In this document: piece by piece, positions 53,459-63,305 of the stretch
Numbering within the stretch: position 1 is the first letter of the stretch
Layout: each line of letters opens with the position of its first letter
Source of the DNA: an uncultured bacterium
GTDB lineage: Bacteria > Spirochaetota > UBA4802 > UB4802
Direction: 5' to 3'
NCBI GenBank assembly: GCA_937920495.1
Contig: CALEUQ010000003.1
Location: 8,522-72,521, forward strand
Length of the DNA: 64,000 nt
The notes under the pieces: model-generated
Database searches by the model: none
What the model saw: only the letters and a program-made list of their open reading frames with translations
Told to the model about the DNA's origin: nothing
Made by a program: the position numbers and the translations under genes

Positions 53459-53838
53459 TTCTTATCTCCGTATTTATCTTCAGGATTAAAGATTTTAATA
53501 CCATCTATCTTTAAGTTTCCGTCTTCAATCACTCTGTAAAAGCAGCTGCGATAGCCAGTATGGCATGCTGCATCCCCTATCTGATTAATTTTAATTAACA
53601 CACAATCATTATCGCAGTCAATGCGTATCTCTTTGACTTCCTGTACATTTCCGGAAGACTCGCCCTTTTTCCATAATTGCTTGCGCGACCTGCTCCAGTA
53701 ATGAACTATACCTGTTTTCAACGTAAGTTCAAACGCCTCTTTATTCATAAATGCAACCATCAGGATTTCACCAGTTTGATAATCCTGCGCTACTGCCGGG
53801 ACCAGCCCATCCAGTTTAGTAAAATCAAGCTCAATCAT
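53455..53838 (-). CDS. hisI: phosphoribosyl-AMP cyclohydrolase (monofunctional)
   Basis: [51 protein letters not shown]...DCDNDCVLI...[11 protein letters not shown]. Overlaps hisG by 4 nt. Confidence 0.9.
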   Translation of the reverse strand: MIELDFTKLDGLVPAVAQDYQTGEILMVAFMNKEAFELTLKTGIVHYWSRSRKQLWKKGESSGNVQEVKEIRIDCDNDCVLIKINQIGDAACHTGYRSCFYRVIEDGNLKIDGIKIFNPEDKYGDKK

Positions 53839-54045
53839 TGTGCTATCCTCATTTATAATATAGTAGTACTATCAATTGATAACACCCGGTGTTGTCTGCG
53901 GCGGGTGCAAATCTTTCATTATTAATATGACATTTTTAATGTACAAATTGTAATATACAATAATTTTATTAATATTAGTGATAGAGTATTAATATCACAC
54001 CCGGACGTAAAAATCATTAAAATGTATTCATAAAATCACTATTTA

Positions 54046-54134
54046 TTCCTTCAATATAATTTATGAACATAATAAACATATTGTACCCATTTTTATTAAC
54101 ACAATGTTTTTAAGGAATTATTAGTGTATAAAAT
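54046..54134. repeat. dispersed intergenic repeat, copy B (no GC core)
   Basis: TTCCTTCAATATAATTTATGAACATAATAAACATATTGTAC-CCATTTTTATTAACACAATGTTTTTAAGGAATTATTAGTGTATAAAAT. Confidence 0.7.
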
Positions 54135-54267
54135 AGTAAAATTCTATTGACAAATGTTTTTTTGAAATATCACGAGTATTTATTCCTTACATTGATCTAT
54201 CATTATATTTGTACTATCCCACATAATTAATGTGGTATTAACTTCTATATTTTTTGCGAGGGTTTCA

Positions 54268-57030
54268 ATGGATTATTCTAAAACCGTTAATCTCCCTGCT
54301 TCTGACTTTCCCATGAAGGCAAATCTACCTTCACGTGAGCCTCAGATATTGCAGAAATGGGAAAAAGAAGACATATACACTTTGATTCAAAAGTCCCGTG
54401 AGGGCAATGAATTATACATTTTGCATGATGGACCACCGTATGCCAACGGGCACATACATCTGGGCCATGCATTGAATAAGATTCTAAAAGACATCATCGT
54501 GAAACACAAAACAATGAGTGGATTCAAAGCGCCATTTGTGCCAGGGTGGGATTGCCATGGGTTGCCAATTGAACTGCAGGTAACAAAAGAGCTGGGTGAT
54601 AAAGCTAAAAAGCTTCCAAAACATGAAATCCGCAAACTGTGCAGAGACTACGCACAGAAATTTATCGATATTCAAAGGGAAGAATTTAAACGCTTAGGTG
54701 TATTTGGCCAGTTTGACAATCCCTATTTAACCATGTCACTGGATTATGAAGCTACCATTGTGGAAATTTTTGGATCGCTCTTTGAACGGGGTTTTATCAC
54801 TAAAGGGAAAAAGCCCATTTACTGGTGCCCAACCTGTGTAACGGCACTTGCTGAAGCTGAAGTTGAATACCATGATCACTCCTCACCATCAATTTTTGTT
54901 AAATTTAAGGTGGATCCTTCATCAGTAACGTTCAAAGGTGTTGATGCACACAACCTGTATGTAGCAGTATGGACCACCACACCGTGGACTTTACCTGCTA
55001 ACTTAGCAGTGTGTTTCCATCCCGATTATGATTACTCGGCGTATAAATCAGGTAATGAATATTTTATTATTGCTGATGGCCGTAAAGAATCATTTGCTGC
55101 TATAACCGGAACACAGTTGGGGGAAAAGATTCCATTAACAAATGACATCATACGCTCACTGAAGGTATACCATCCTTTTATAGAAAGGGAATCAAAAGTC
55201 ATCTTTGGCGATTTTGTAACGCTGGATCAGGGTACTGGTATTGTTCACATCGCCCCGGGACATGGCCTTGAAGACTACATTGTGGGGCTTGAATACGGTC
55301 TTGACGTATTCTGCCCTGTTGATGATGAAGGCAAATTCACAGACGAGTTTGCTCCCATGAAAGGCATCAATGTATTCGATGCCAATCCAAAAATAATAGG
55401 CCTTTTGAAAGAAAAAAATATACTCATCTTTACCAATGATATTGAACATGCATATCCACACTGCTGGCGCTGCAAACAGCCGCTCATCTTCAGAGCTACT
55501 GCACAGTGGTTTATGCTTATTGACCATAATGATATGCGAAAGCTAGCGTTGCAGGTAACTGATGATGTCCAGTGGATTCCTGAATGGGGTAAATTGCGCT
55601 TTAAAAGCATGGTAGAAACTCGTCCCGATTGGTGCCTTTCACGTCAGCGCTCATGGGGTGTGCCCATACCTTCCTTCTACTGCAAAAAATGCGGCAAAAA
55701 CCAGATGAATGCCAAAACCATCTTCTATTTTGCAAAAATTGCACGTGAGCGGACTATCGAATCGTGGTATACCGACGAGATACACAGCCTTATTCCGGAA
55801 GGTTTTACCTGCGAATGCGGAAGTGATGACTTTGATAAAGAATATGACATCCTGGATGTATGGTTTGATTCAGGCGTTTCTCATTTTGCGGTGCTTGACA
55901 ATCGTGATGATCACCGCTGGCCTTCTGACCTTTATTTAGAAGGAAGCGATCAACATAGAGGCTGGTTCCAATCATCTTTATGGCCGGCACTTGCTCTGCG
56001 CCAGCGTGCACCCTATAACACCGTATTGACACATGGCTTCATGCTAGACGATCAGGGACGGGCAATGAGCAAATCGCTTGGCAATGTTATACCGCCTGAT
56101 GATATTATCAACAAATTTGGTGCCGATATCCTGCGATTGTGGGTTGCTTCCGAGGACTATCGCAATGATGTCAGGATTGGCTACGATATGATACAGCAGA
56201 TTGCTGATTCTTACCGTAAAATCCGAAACACCTTTAAATTCATGATAGGTAACTGTGCGGATTTTAAAGCTTCACATTGTGTTGATTATGATGAGCTATC
56301 GGACACTGATAAGTGGATTTTGCATAAACTCTACGTACTCTCACAGCAAGTCCGACAGCATTACGAACAGTATGAGTTCCATCTTGTGTATAGAAGAATA
56401 TTGAATTTTTGTACTGTAGACCTATCGTCATTGTATTTTGACATTTCAAAGGACATCTTATATGTTGAAGCAAAAGATTCCAAACTTAGAAGGGCAAATC
56501 AAACTGTCCTGCATTATGTAACCGAAACACTACTGCGCCTTATTGCACCGGTGTTGGTATTCACTGCTGAAGAGATCTGGCAATTTCTTGGCAAAGAGTC
56601 TTCTGTACATGCAGATGCGTACAATGAACTTCCCGCTGAATGGTACAACGAAACCCTTGCCAGAAAAATGGATGCCCTCATTGATATCAAAAAGGATGTA
56701 TTGAAAGCATTAGAGATAGCCCGAAAAGAAAAGAAGATTGGGAGCTCACTTGAAGCGGATGTTCATATTTATATTGCAAGTGCTTCTTCAAAAGAGCTAT
56801 TAGAATCAATGAGCGATAGCAAGCGCTTTTTCCAGGTTGCCCAGGTACACATTGAAAGTCAGAAAATTTCAGGCATGGCCGATTATGACAACAGTTCCAT
56901 ACTGGTGGCAAAATCTTCCGGCAAAAAATGCGTCAGGTGCTGGAATTATTCACACGACATTGGCACACATCCACAGCACCCTGAGCTCTGCAAGCGATGC
57001 ACAGATATTGTTTTAAAACTTAATGTGTAA
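54268..57030 (+). CDS. ileS: isoleucyl-tRNA synthetase (type 1, C-terminal zinc finger)
   Basis: MDYSKTVNLPASDFPMKANL...PPYANGHIHLGHALNK (HIGH)...KMSKSLGN (KMSKS)...CVRCWNY...CKRC. I trimmed the track ORF (54232) to the ATG at 54268. Confidence 0.95.
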   Translation: MDYSKTVNLPASDFPMKANLPSREPQILQKWEKEDIYTLIQKSREGNELYILHDGPPYANGHIHLGHALNKILKDIIVKHKTMSGFKAPFVPGWDCHGLPIELQVTKELGDKAKKLPKHEIRKLCRDYAQKFIDIQREEFKRLGVFGQFDNPYLTMSLDYEATIVEIFGSLFERGFITKGKKPIYWCPTCVTALAEAEVEYHDHSSPSIFVKFKVDPSSVTFKGVDAHNLYVAVWTTTPWTLPANLAVCFHPDYDYSAYKSGNEYFIIADGRKESFAAITGTQLGEKIPLTNDIIRSLKVYHPFIERESKVIFGDFVTLDQGTGIVHIAPGHGLEDYIVGLEYGLDVFCPVDDEGKFTDEFAPMKGINVFDANPKIIGLLKEKNILIFTNDIEHAYPHCWRCKQPLIFRATAQWFMLIDHNDMRKLALQVTDDVQWIPEWGKLRFKSMVETRPDWCLSRQRSWGVPIPSFYCKKCGKNQMNAKTIFYFAKIARERTIESWYTDEIHSLIPEGFTCECGSDDFDKEYDILDVWFDSGVSHFAVLDNRDDHRWPSDLYLEGSDQHRGWFQSSLWPALALRQRAPYNTVLTHGFMLDDQGRAMSKSLGNVIPPDDIINKFGADILRLWVASEDYRNDVRIGYDMIQQIADSYRKIRNTFKFMIGNCADFKASHCVDYDELSDTDKWILHKLYVLSQQVRQHYEQYEFHLVYRRILNFCTVDLSSLYFDISKDILYVEAKDSKLRRANQTVLHYVTETLLRLIAPVLVFTAEEIWQFLGKESSVHADAYNELPAEWYNETLARKMDALIDIKKDVLKALEIARKEKKIGSSLEADVHIYIASASSKELLESMSDSKRFFQVAQVHIESQKISGMADYDNSSILVAKSSGKKCVRCWNYSHDIGTHPQHPELCKRCTDIVLKLNV

Positions 57031-57038
57031 GAATATAC

Positions 57039-57566
57039 ATGGAGAATAGTATGCTGATGATGAACAGGGAAATCAAAAACACATTATTAGCAGTGTTAAT
57101 CTTTATTGTTGTTTTAGCACTGGACATTGTTACAAAATCGCTTGTGGAACAATATATTTCCATCTATGAACGTGTGAATGTTTTAGGCAGCTTTGTGCAG
57201 CTGACACTTATCTACAATCAGGGTGGCATATTTGGCATATTACAGGGCTATCAGCGTTTTTTTCTGATAGTTTCCATCATTGTATTTTTGCTTCTTATTG
57301 CATATTTCATACTGGAAAAAAACAAAACGCGTATCTTTACTGTAAGCATGGGCCTTATCTGTGCAGGCGCTATAGGCAATATCTTAGACAGGATTACCGG
57401 AAAACCTGGCGTGGTGGATTTCATCTATATAGGCAGCGATGAAGTATTCCGCTGGCCTGCGTTTAATGTTGCTGATTCATCAATTGTGATTGGTGCCACA
57501 CTTTTAGTGATTCACCAGCTCATAGAAGAAAAAAAGCGAAAGCAGCAAGAAAAGAGACATCAGTAA
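57039..57566 (+). CDS. lspA: lipoprotein signal peptidase II
   Basis: Four TM segments. GAIGNILDRI and WPAFNVADSSIVIG motifs. Directly downstream of ileS, as in many bacteria. Confidence 0.9.
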   Translation: MENSMLMMNREIKNTLLAVLIFIVVLALDIVTKSLVEQYISIYERVNVLGSFVQLTLIYNQGGIFGILQGYQRFFLIVSIIVFLLLIAYFILEKNKTRIFTVSMGLICAGAIGNILDRITGKPGVVDFIYIGSDEVFRWPAFNVADSSIVIGATLLVIHQLIEEKKRKQQEKRHQ

Positions 57567-57958
57567 GTATCAACAATTGTCACAGTACCTCTGGCTATTT
57601 CCTTATCCTTGACCTGCACTGCCACAATATATGTTCCCTCAACGTATAGTGAGAAAGGAATTGCTGCACTGGCAAGATCAGGATTTACGCTGGACTCAAA
57701 ACGTGTATACTCAGGCTGGCTATATTTCTTTTTTTCATACACGATTACCGTTGCGGTATTGCTGCCAAACGGCTCGTCTGCGGTCACATACAGCGTCATA
57801 TCGCCAGTGGTAAATTCGGAACCGCAATTCACAGGTTTTCCATCCTTATCAACACCCTCACAAAACTTGAGCGGGGCTTCCTTGCCACATGTTATCATGC
57901 TGACAACTGCTATATACAAAAGCAGCTTACAGAAGCGAACCCTGTATATCCTCATCAT
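57560..57958 (-). CDS. hypothetical lipoprotein
   Basis: [16 protein letters not shown] lipobox. 132 aa. Its 3' end overlaps the lspA stop by 7 nt (convergent). Confidence 0.55.
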   Translation of the reverse strand: MMRIYRVRFCKLLLYIAVVSMITCGKEAPLKFCEGVDKDGKPVNCGSEFTTGDMTLYVTADEPFGSNTATVIVYEKKKYSQPEYTRFESSVNPDLASAAIPFSLYVEGTYIVAVQVKDKEIARGTVTIVDTY

Positions 57959-58214
57959 CTTCTATTTCTCCTGTATCCTCTTTTACTTTTACTGATCGTT
58001 TCCCCACAGTGCCATCAGGCTGCTTTTGCAACACTTCTATCTTGCGTTCTGCTTCTTCAAGTTTCTGCCGGCAAAACTTTGCCAGTTCCACACCTCGTTC
58101 ATAATACTGTAAGGACTGCTCCAGTGTCAGCTCACCAGATTCAAGCTTTGACGCAATTGCCTCAAGTTCTTCTAATGCATCCTCAAAGTTTATTTTTTTA
58201 GCCTTTTTTTCCAA
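57927..58214 (-). CDS. xseB: exodeoxyribonuclease VII small subunit
   Basis: [53 protein letters not shown]. Confidence 0.9.
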   Translation of the reverse strand: MEKKAKKINFEDALEELEAIASKLESGELTLEQSLQYYERGVELAKFCRQKLEEAERKIEVLQKQPDGTVGKRSVKVKEDTGEIEDDEDIQGSLL

Positions 58215-59505
58215 AGCTCACCTCTTCACTTACCGATTGTACATCACACTGTATAGACCCATCATATACTACAACCCTGACGCTATCGCCTGTTTGAATT
58301 TTTTGTATTGAAGAAACCACCTGTGAATCTTTGAGAGTTATTGAATAGCCTCGCTTCAGCACACTTACAGGTGAAAGGTGTTCCAGTTTGCTTGCCTGCA
58401 TCATATAGATATGCCAGTAGTTTTGCAATCTATTTTTTATCATAAGCTCTAAATCCTTTATCCTGCTCACACGTTCCTTGATTTCTGTGATACGCTTCTG
58501 CATCAAAGACTGCAACCTGTTCTCAGTGTCAGATAGAGTAAGCTCAAAATTTTCAACAAGGCTCATGGGATTCTGAAACACCCTGCGTTGGGTGATTAAG
58601 GCAATACGATTAGCAAAAGACTCACAAATCAGTGAAAGCCGTCGCGACACGCGCATAGCGTAATTATTAATTGCTGCCATAAGGTCTGCTTTTACCGGCA
58701 CCGCTATCTCAGCTGCGGCTGAAGGTGTGGGCGCAGCAACATCTGCAGCAAGGTCGCTTAAGGGATGATCAATTTGATGTCCCACTGCTGAAATAATAGG
58801 CACACGCGATGAAGCAAACGCACGAACCACCGCCTCTTCGTTAAAAGCCATCAAATCTTCAAACGAACCTCCTCCGCGACCGGCAATAATGACATCCACA
58901 TCCCACCGTGGATTATTCAGCTCCTGAATCCCGGTAACTATCGACGCAACTGCCCCCTCACCCTGAACCTTTGCAGGGGCAAGGATAATCTCAATATTGG
59001 GAAATCGGCGCATTGCCACCTTAATGATGTCACGGATAGCTGCACCGGTAGGCGAAGTAACCACACCTATGCGTTTAGGCAAAACAGGAAGTGGTTTTTT
59101 GCGCTCAGGTGCAAACAATCCTTCTTTATATAATTTTTCCTTAAGCTTTTCAATCTTTTGTAATAGTTCACCAAGCCCCTCTTTGCGTATTTTGTATACA
59201 ATAAACTGATAGGAACCACGCTTTTCAAACACCGTTACTCCACCAAACACCACCACGCTCATCCCTTCTTCAAGCTTAAAATCCAGATGTTTGTTTGCGT
59301 GCTTAAAAAAAACAGCCTGAATTACTGCACCCTCATCTTTAAGCGAAAAATAGATGTGCCCTGACGAATGGTAGGTAAGGTTGGAAATCTCACCCTTCAC
59401 CCACACGCCGTTAAGCTGGGGCGTTGACTCAATCAGCTGTTTCAGTATTCCGGTAATATCGCTTACGGAATACACTGTTTCATTGTTTTCAATTTCTTCA
59501 CTCAT
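58198..59505 (-). CDS. xseA: exodeoxyribonuclease VII large subunit
   Basis: [24 protein letters not shown] (OB fold)...[15 protein letters not shown]...[19 protein letters not shown]. Confidence 0.9.
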   Translation of the reverse strand: MSEEIENNETVYSVSDITGILKQLIESTPQLNGVWVKGEISNLTYHSSGHIYFSLKDEGAVIQAVFFKHANKHLDFKLEEGMSVVVFGGVTVFEKRGSYQFIVYKIRKEGLGELLQKIEKLKEKLYKEGLFAPERKKPLPVLPKRIGVVTSPTGAAIRDIIKVAMRRFPNIEIILAPAKVQGEGAVASIVTGIQELNNPRWDVDVIIAGRGGGSFEDLMAFNEEAVVRAFASSRVPIISAVGHQIDHPLSDLAADVAAPTPSAAAEIAVPVKADLMAAINNYAMRVSRRLSLICESFANRIALITQRRVFQNPMSLVENFELTLSDTENRLQSLMQKRITEIKERVSRIKDLELMIKNRLQNYWHIYMMQASKLEHLSPVSVLKRGYSITLKDSQVVSSIQKIQTGDSVRVVVYDGSIQCDVQSVSEEVSFGKKG

Positions 59506-59508
59506 ACG

Positions 59509-61239
59509 CTATTCACATGGCAAATGAACGGTTCCGCTGTATATTGTGCCGCGCAAAATATCAAGTGTTATTTCCTGGCCTTCTTTGACATTAATTTCAG
59601 TAAGGTTGATTCCACCAATGACGGGGATTTCATTCTCCCTGCAGTAATGAATAATAGGCGCATTGATACTGCATTCATGTGTTATCACAGCTTTTGGTTT
59701 CATGCCTTTAATCTGCTCTATGGTGTCTGTCATTATAATAGTATTGGGCGATAGTTCACCGGAATGAGCTTTTTGCAATATACCCTGCACCACCCCTTCG
59801 CCAAATCCTATGCCTCGCGCAATCTCGTCGGCAACAAGGTAAATCCGCATAACATTGGTACCACCGGTTACCCCTGCCAGAATCCCTGCAGTGATAACAA
59901 TGAGATCGCCATTATGAATAAGACTGTTTGCCTTTGCGATTGTCAGCGCTTCATCAACAAGTTCATTAATATCATTACACTGTTTTATCTGTAAAGGAAT
60001 CACACCATACGATAACGCCAGCTGATTGACTACCTTGTGGTTGGTTGTGACAGCTATTATCGGGATTTGCGGTTTATATTTGGAAATTTTACGTGCAGTA
60101 TAGCCCGACTGTGTGGCTGTAAGGATACAATCAGCACCTAAGGTTTTTGCGGATTCATGTGCTGATAGTGCGATAGCATCGGTGATATTGGATTTTGTAT
60201 ATATCTTTTTTTCTGCAATTGTTGCTTTGTATATAAAAGTTTGCTCCGCATACTCTGCAATACGTGCCATAGTCTGCACTGCCTGTACCGGATACTGCCC
60301 AAACGCAGTTTCACCAGAAAGCATGAGTGCGTCAGTACCATCAAAGACAGCATTTGCCACATCGGTTGCCTCAGCACGTGTGGGGATGGGATTGCGTATC
60401 ATTGAATCAAGCATCTGCGTTGCAGTGATTACCGGTTTTGCCTGCTGATTACATTTTTCAATGATCATCTTTTGAACAATGGGCACCTGTTCTATTGGTA
60501 TCTCAATGCCTAAATCACCACGTGCCACCATGATTCCCTGTGATGCTGCAATAATTTCGTCAATATTGGTAACAGCTTCATGTTTTTCAATCTTAGAAAT
60601 AATAGGTATGGATCCCCCAAACTGTTCCATCAGGCTTCTTAGTTCAATAACATCATGGGCACTGCGTACAAATGACAGCGCTATCATGTCAACATCCTGC
60701 TTTACAGCAAATTCTAAATCACGTATATCTTTTTGTGTAATTGAACTGGTTTTTATTGATGCATTGGGCAGATTAATACCTTTGTTATCCTTTAGTTCAC
60801 CACCTCGCACTACAGTGGTGTAGATATCTGTATTCTCAACCTCATCAACCCGCAACTCAAGCAACCCATCGTCAATGAGTATTGTCTGCCCCTTACCCAC
60901 CGATTCGGGGAGCTCTTTTAATGAAACGCTTACTGCAACGCTATTGCCAGGCACACTACGCGTGGTAAGGATAAACTGTTGGCCTGGTTCCAGAATTACC
61001 TTTTCTTTCAGCGTGCCGATACGTATTTTTGGCCCCTGAAGATCGGCCAGAATACCAATAGGAACCCCAAGCTCTCTTGCTACTTCACGAATTACAGCAA
61101 TGCGCTGTGCATGTAATTCCTGTGTTGAATGCGACATATTAAGGCGTGCCACATTCATGCCGGCTTTTACCAGTTTTATTATCATTTCTTTGGATTCGCT
61201 TGTTGGTCCAATGGTACATACTATTTTAGTTTTGCGCAT
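59509..61239 (-). CDS. pyk: pyruvate kinase with C-terminal PEP-utiliser-like mobile domain
   Basis: MRKTKIVCTIGPTSES...MNVARLNMSHS...MVARGDLGIEIP... 576 aa. The extra ~100-aa C-terminal domain resembles that of Geobacillus-type PK. Confidence 0.93.
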   Translation of the reverse strand: MRKTKIVCTIGPTSESKEMIIKLVKAGMNVARLNMSHSTQELHAQRIAVIREVARELGVPIGILADLQGPKIRIGTLKEKVILEPGQQFILTTRSVPGNSVAVSVSLKELPESVGKGQTILIDDGLLELRVDEVENTDIYTTVVRGGELKDNKGINLPNASIKTSSITQKDIRDLEFAVKQDVDMIALSFVRSAHDVIELRSLMEQFGGSIPIISKIEKHEAVTNIDEIIAASQGIMVARGDLGIEIPIEQVPIVQKMIIEKCNQQAKPVITATQMLDSMIRNPIPTRAEATDVANAVFDGTDALMLSGETAFGQYPVQAVQTMARIAEYAEQTFIYKATIAEKKIYTKSNITDAIALSAHESAKTLGADCILTATQSGYTARKISKYKPQIPIIAVTTNHKVVNQLALSYGVIPLQIKQCNDINELVDEALTIAKANSLIHNGDLIVITAGILAGVTGGTNVMRIYLVADEIARGIGFGEGVVQGILQKAHSGELSPNTIIMTDTIEQIKGMKPKAVITHECSINAPIIHYCRENEIPVIGGINLTEINVKEGQEITLDILRGTIYSGTVHLPCE

Positions 61240-61704
61240 AGATTTACACCGTGTTATAGTTAATTACGGAAATGGCATGCAATGTTTCTTTAGCTTACAG
61301 GATGGCATCTATGTGTTCCTTTTTCAAGATATTTTTCAATACTCTTTATGCTTTATGCATTTTCTTTTGTTCAGGTGGCTACAAAAGAAAGTGCCTAAGA
61401 AAAAAGCCTTCTTATGTATTATATAGTTACCCCTCACAGCGTACTATTGACACCATTCATGGGTATGTCCTTTCACGCCCTTCAGACTCTCCTTCATCCC
61501 GTCTAGGCTGTCATTTGTACTCTGGCAAACAAAAAATCTCTTTTTACTGTGAAACTGTATGTTCTTTTCACTACCTTTCGTCCGTGTACTCTGCCTTATT
61601 GGTGTGAAAATCTTTTTATTATTTTATTAAACCTATAAATGCCTTGCAATTTACACTTGTTGGGTTCACACTGCCACTACAGTTTGTAACCAGTACATCA
61701 TATT

Positions 61705-62415
61705 ATGGATAATCCAGTACTACATTTGCTGTGTATTTACTACACCACCATCACATCTCACGATAAAGAATATCTTTTTTTGTCACTCCCAGACAACCAC
61801 AAGCGCCAGTATAATGCATTACAATCCGATAGCAAAAAGGCTGAATTTTTGGTAAGCAGATGCGCATTACACGCGTTGGAAAAACTTGCTGGCTTTGATG
61901 TAATGAATTATGCCACACAAACTGTATCAGGTAATAATCAGAATTTCTATATGTCATTATCGCACACATATAACGCAGTTGCAGTGTCTTTGTTTCACAA
62001 ACCACACGGCATTGACATTGAACCATCCAAACGATTTGTATCATATAGAAACGCAATCATACAACGCTATTTTGCACCACCTGAGCAACAATACATCAAT
62101 AAACTTCCGTGGGGAAAAGATAAGCGCTTTTTGCGCCTATGGACGCTTAAAGAAGCAATTGCAAAATCATACCAACTATCGCTTACCCACGCTCTCAGGT
62201 ATGATACAGTTGTAAACTCAGACAAACTGCTTCTGGCAAATTTTGGTGTTTGGAAAAAGTTTATATGCGGCATTGCCATTGGCGATAGTTCTCTTGAAAA
62301 AGTACATATACGGAAATATACTATGGCACACAATGATCTGGTAAGCTTTCTTTGTGGATATGGGCGATACCGGATTCGAACCAGTGACCTCCTGCATGTG
62401 AGGCAGGCGCTCTAA
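61705..62415 (+). CDS. 4'-phosphopantetheinyl transferase (Sfp/EntD type)
   Basis: HGIDIEP ... LRLWTLKEAIAKSY motifs. The last ~18 codons are the antisense of tRNA-Val. Confidence 0.75.
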   Translation: MDNPVLHLLCIYYTTITSHDKEYLFLSLPDNHKRQYNALQSDSKKAEFLVSRCALHALEKLAGFDVMNYATQTVSGNNQNFYMSLSHTYNAVAVSLFHKPHGIDIEPSKRFVSYRNAIIQRYFAPPEQQYINKLPWGKDKRFLRLWTLKEAIAKSYQLSLTHALRYDTVVNSDKLLLANFGVWKKFICGIAIGDSSLEKVHIRKYTMAHNDLVSFLCGYGRYRIRTSDLLHVRQAL

Positions 62416-62434
62416 CCTGCTGAGCTAATCGCCC
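62361..62434 (-). tRNA. tRNA-Val (anticodon CAC)
   Basis: Hand-folded: GGGCGAT TA GCTC AGCAGGTTA GAGC G CCTGC CT-CAC-AT GCAGG AGGTC ACTGG TTCGAAT CCGGT ATCGCCC A. Confidence 0.85.
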
Positions 62435-62982
62435 GTTTTGACAATCACTATGAGAAATTACAAAATTGTTTTTGTCAAGTATATTTATTATGCTATGCGT
62501 ACACACCTTTTGCATTTTTTCTTTACCATATATTTCACATGCTGGGTATATATCATCCATGTCACCTTATTTCATTACATGTTCTAATAGAATATTATCA
62601 GGCATGTCATGTATATGCCCGGTATCATACGACCACAACAACCCCTTCTTTTTTATGTTATTGTAAAGTTTTTGTTTTTTATCTTTTTGCATTGATTGTC
62701 AATACATCATTAATAGAATTTAATTTTACCATCTATATTTTCCAGTATATTATCACATAGAGCTATTTACTACAATTGTTGTTGGTAATAATTGTATACA
62801 TATTCCATTCTTTTATCAAGCATAAATTACTATTATATTCATTAATGAACATTTGCTTCTGTATTACAGTATACACATCCTTCATAGCACCAAAAATTTC
62901 ACATGAAGAATATGATACTAAATTGCATGAATTACAACCAGAATAAATCAATGACTAAAATGTGCACAATTGACACCATTTA

Positions 62983-63094
62983 TTCCTTAAATAAAATTTG
63001 TAAACATAATAAACATCTTGTACCGCCGCCGAAGACGGCGGGGGTGTACAGCGTTTTATTAACAAAATATTTTTAATGATTTATTAGTGCACAA
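62983..63094. repeat. dispersed intergenic repeat, copy C (with GC hairpin core)
   Basis: TTCCTTAAATAAAATTTGTAAACATAATAAACATCTTGTAC[CGCCGCCGAAGACGGCGGGGGTGTACA]GCGTTTTATTAACAAAATATTTTTAATGATTTATTAGTGCACAA. Confidence 0.75.
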
Positions 63095-63305
63095 TCAAGT
63101 TAAAAGACTCAAGTAACATTACAAAAGCAGGGATTAAACATTTGTTGTATTATAGAAATAAAAACACATTGAATAAATAGTTTATTACCAATTTATGCTA
63201 TGTACTATGGGCAAACATTCTTGTAACGTTTAGTGTTACATATTGATCAAAATAAAACGCTTTTTATCTATAGTAATGTTTACATCCAGCACACATTTCA
63301 ACACA

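Noticed and set aside
53839-54267. T-box leader upstream of ileS, or a His-codon attenuator upstream of hisI.
   Set aside because: I found no T-box consensus (…GGTGGTACCGCG…), no specifier-loop architecture and no run of His codons.
61100-61607. Two plus-strand ORFs (108 and 111 aa) in the pyk upstream spacer.
   Set aside because: They are Cys/Phe-rich with an implausible composition, they overlap each other and the pyk start, and they have no Shine-Dalgarno sequence.
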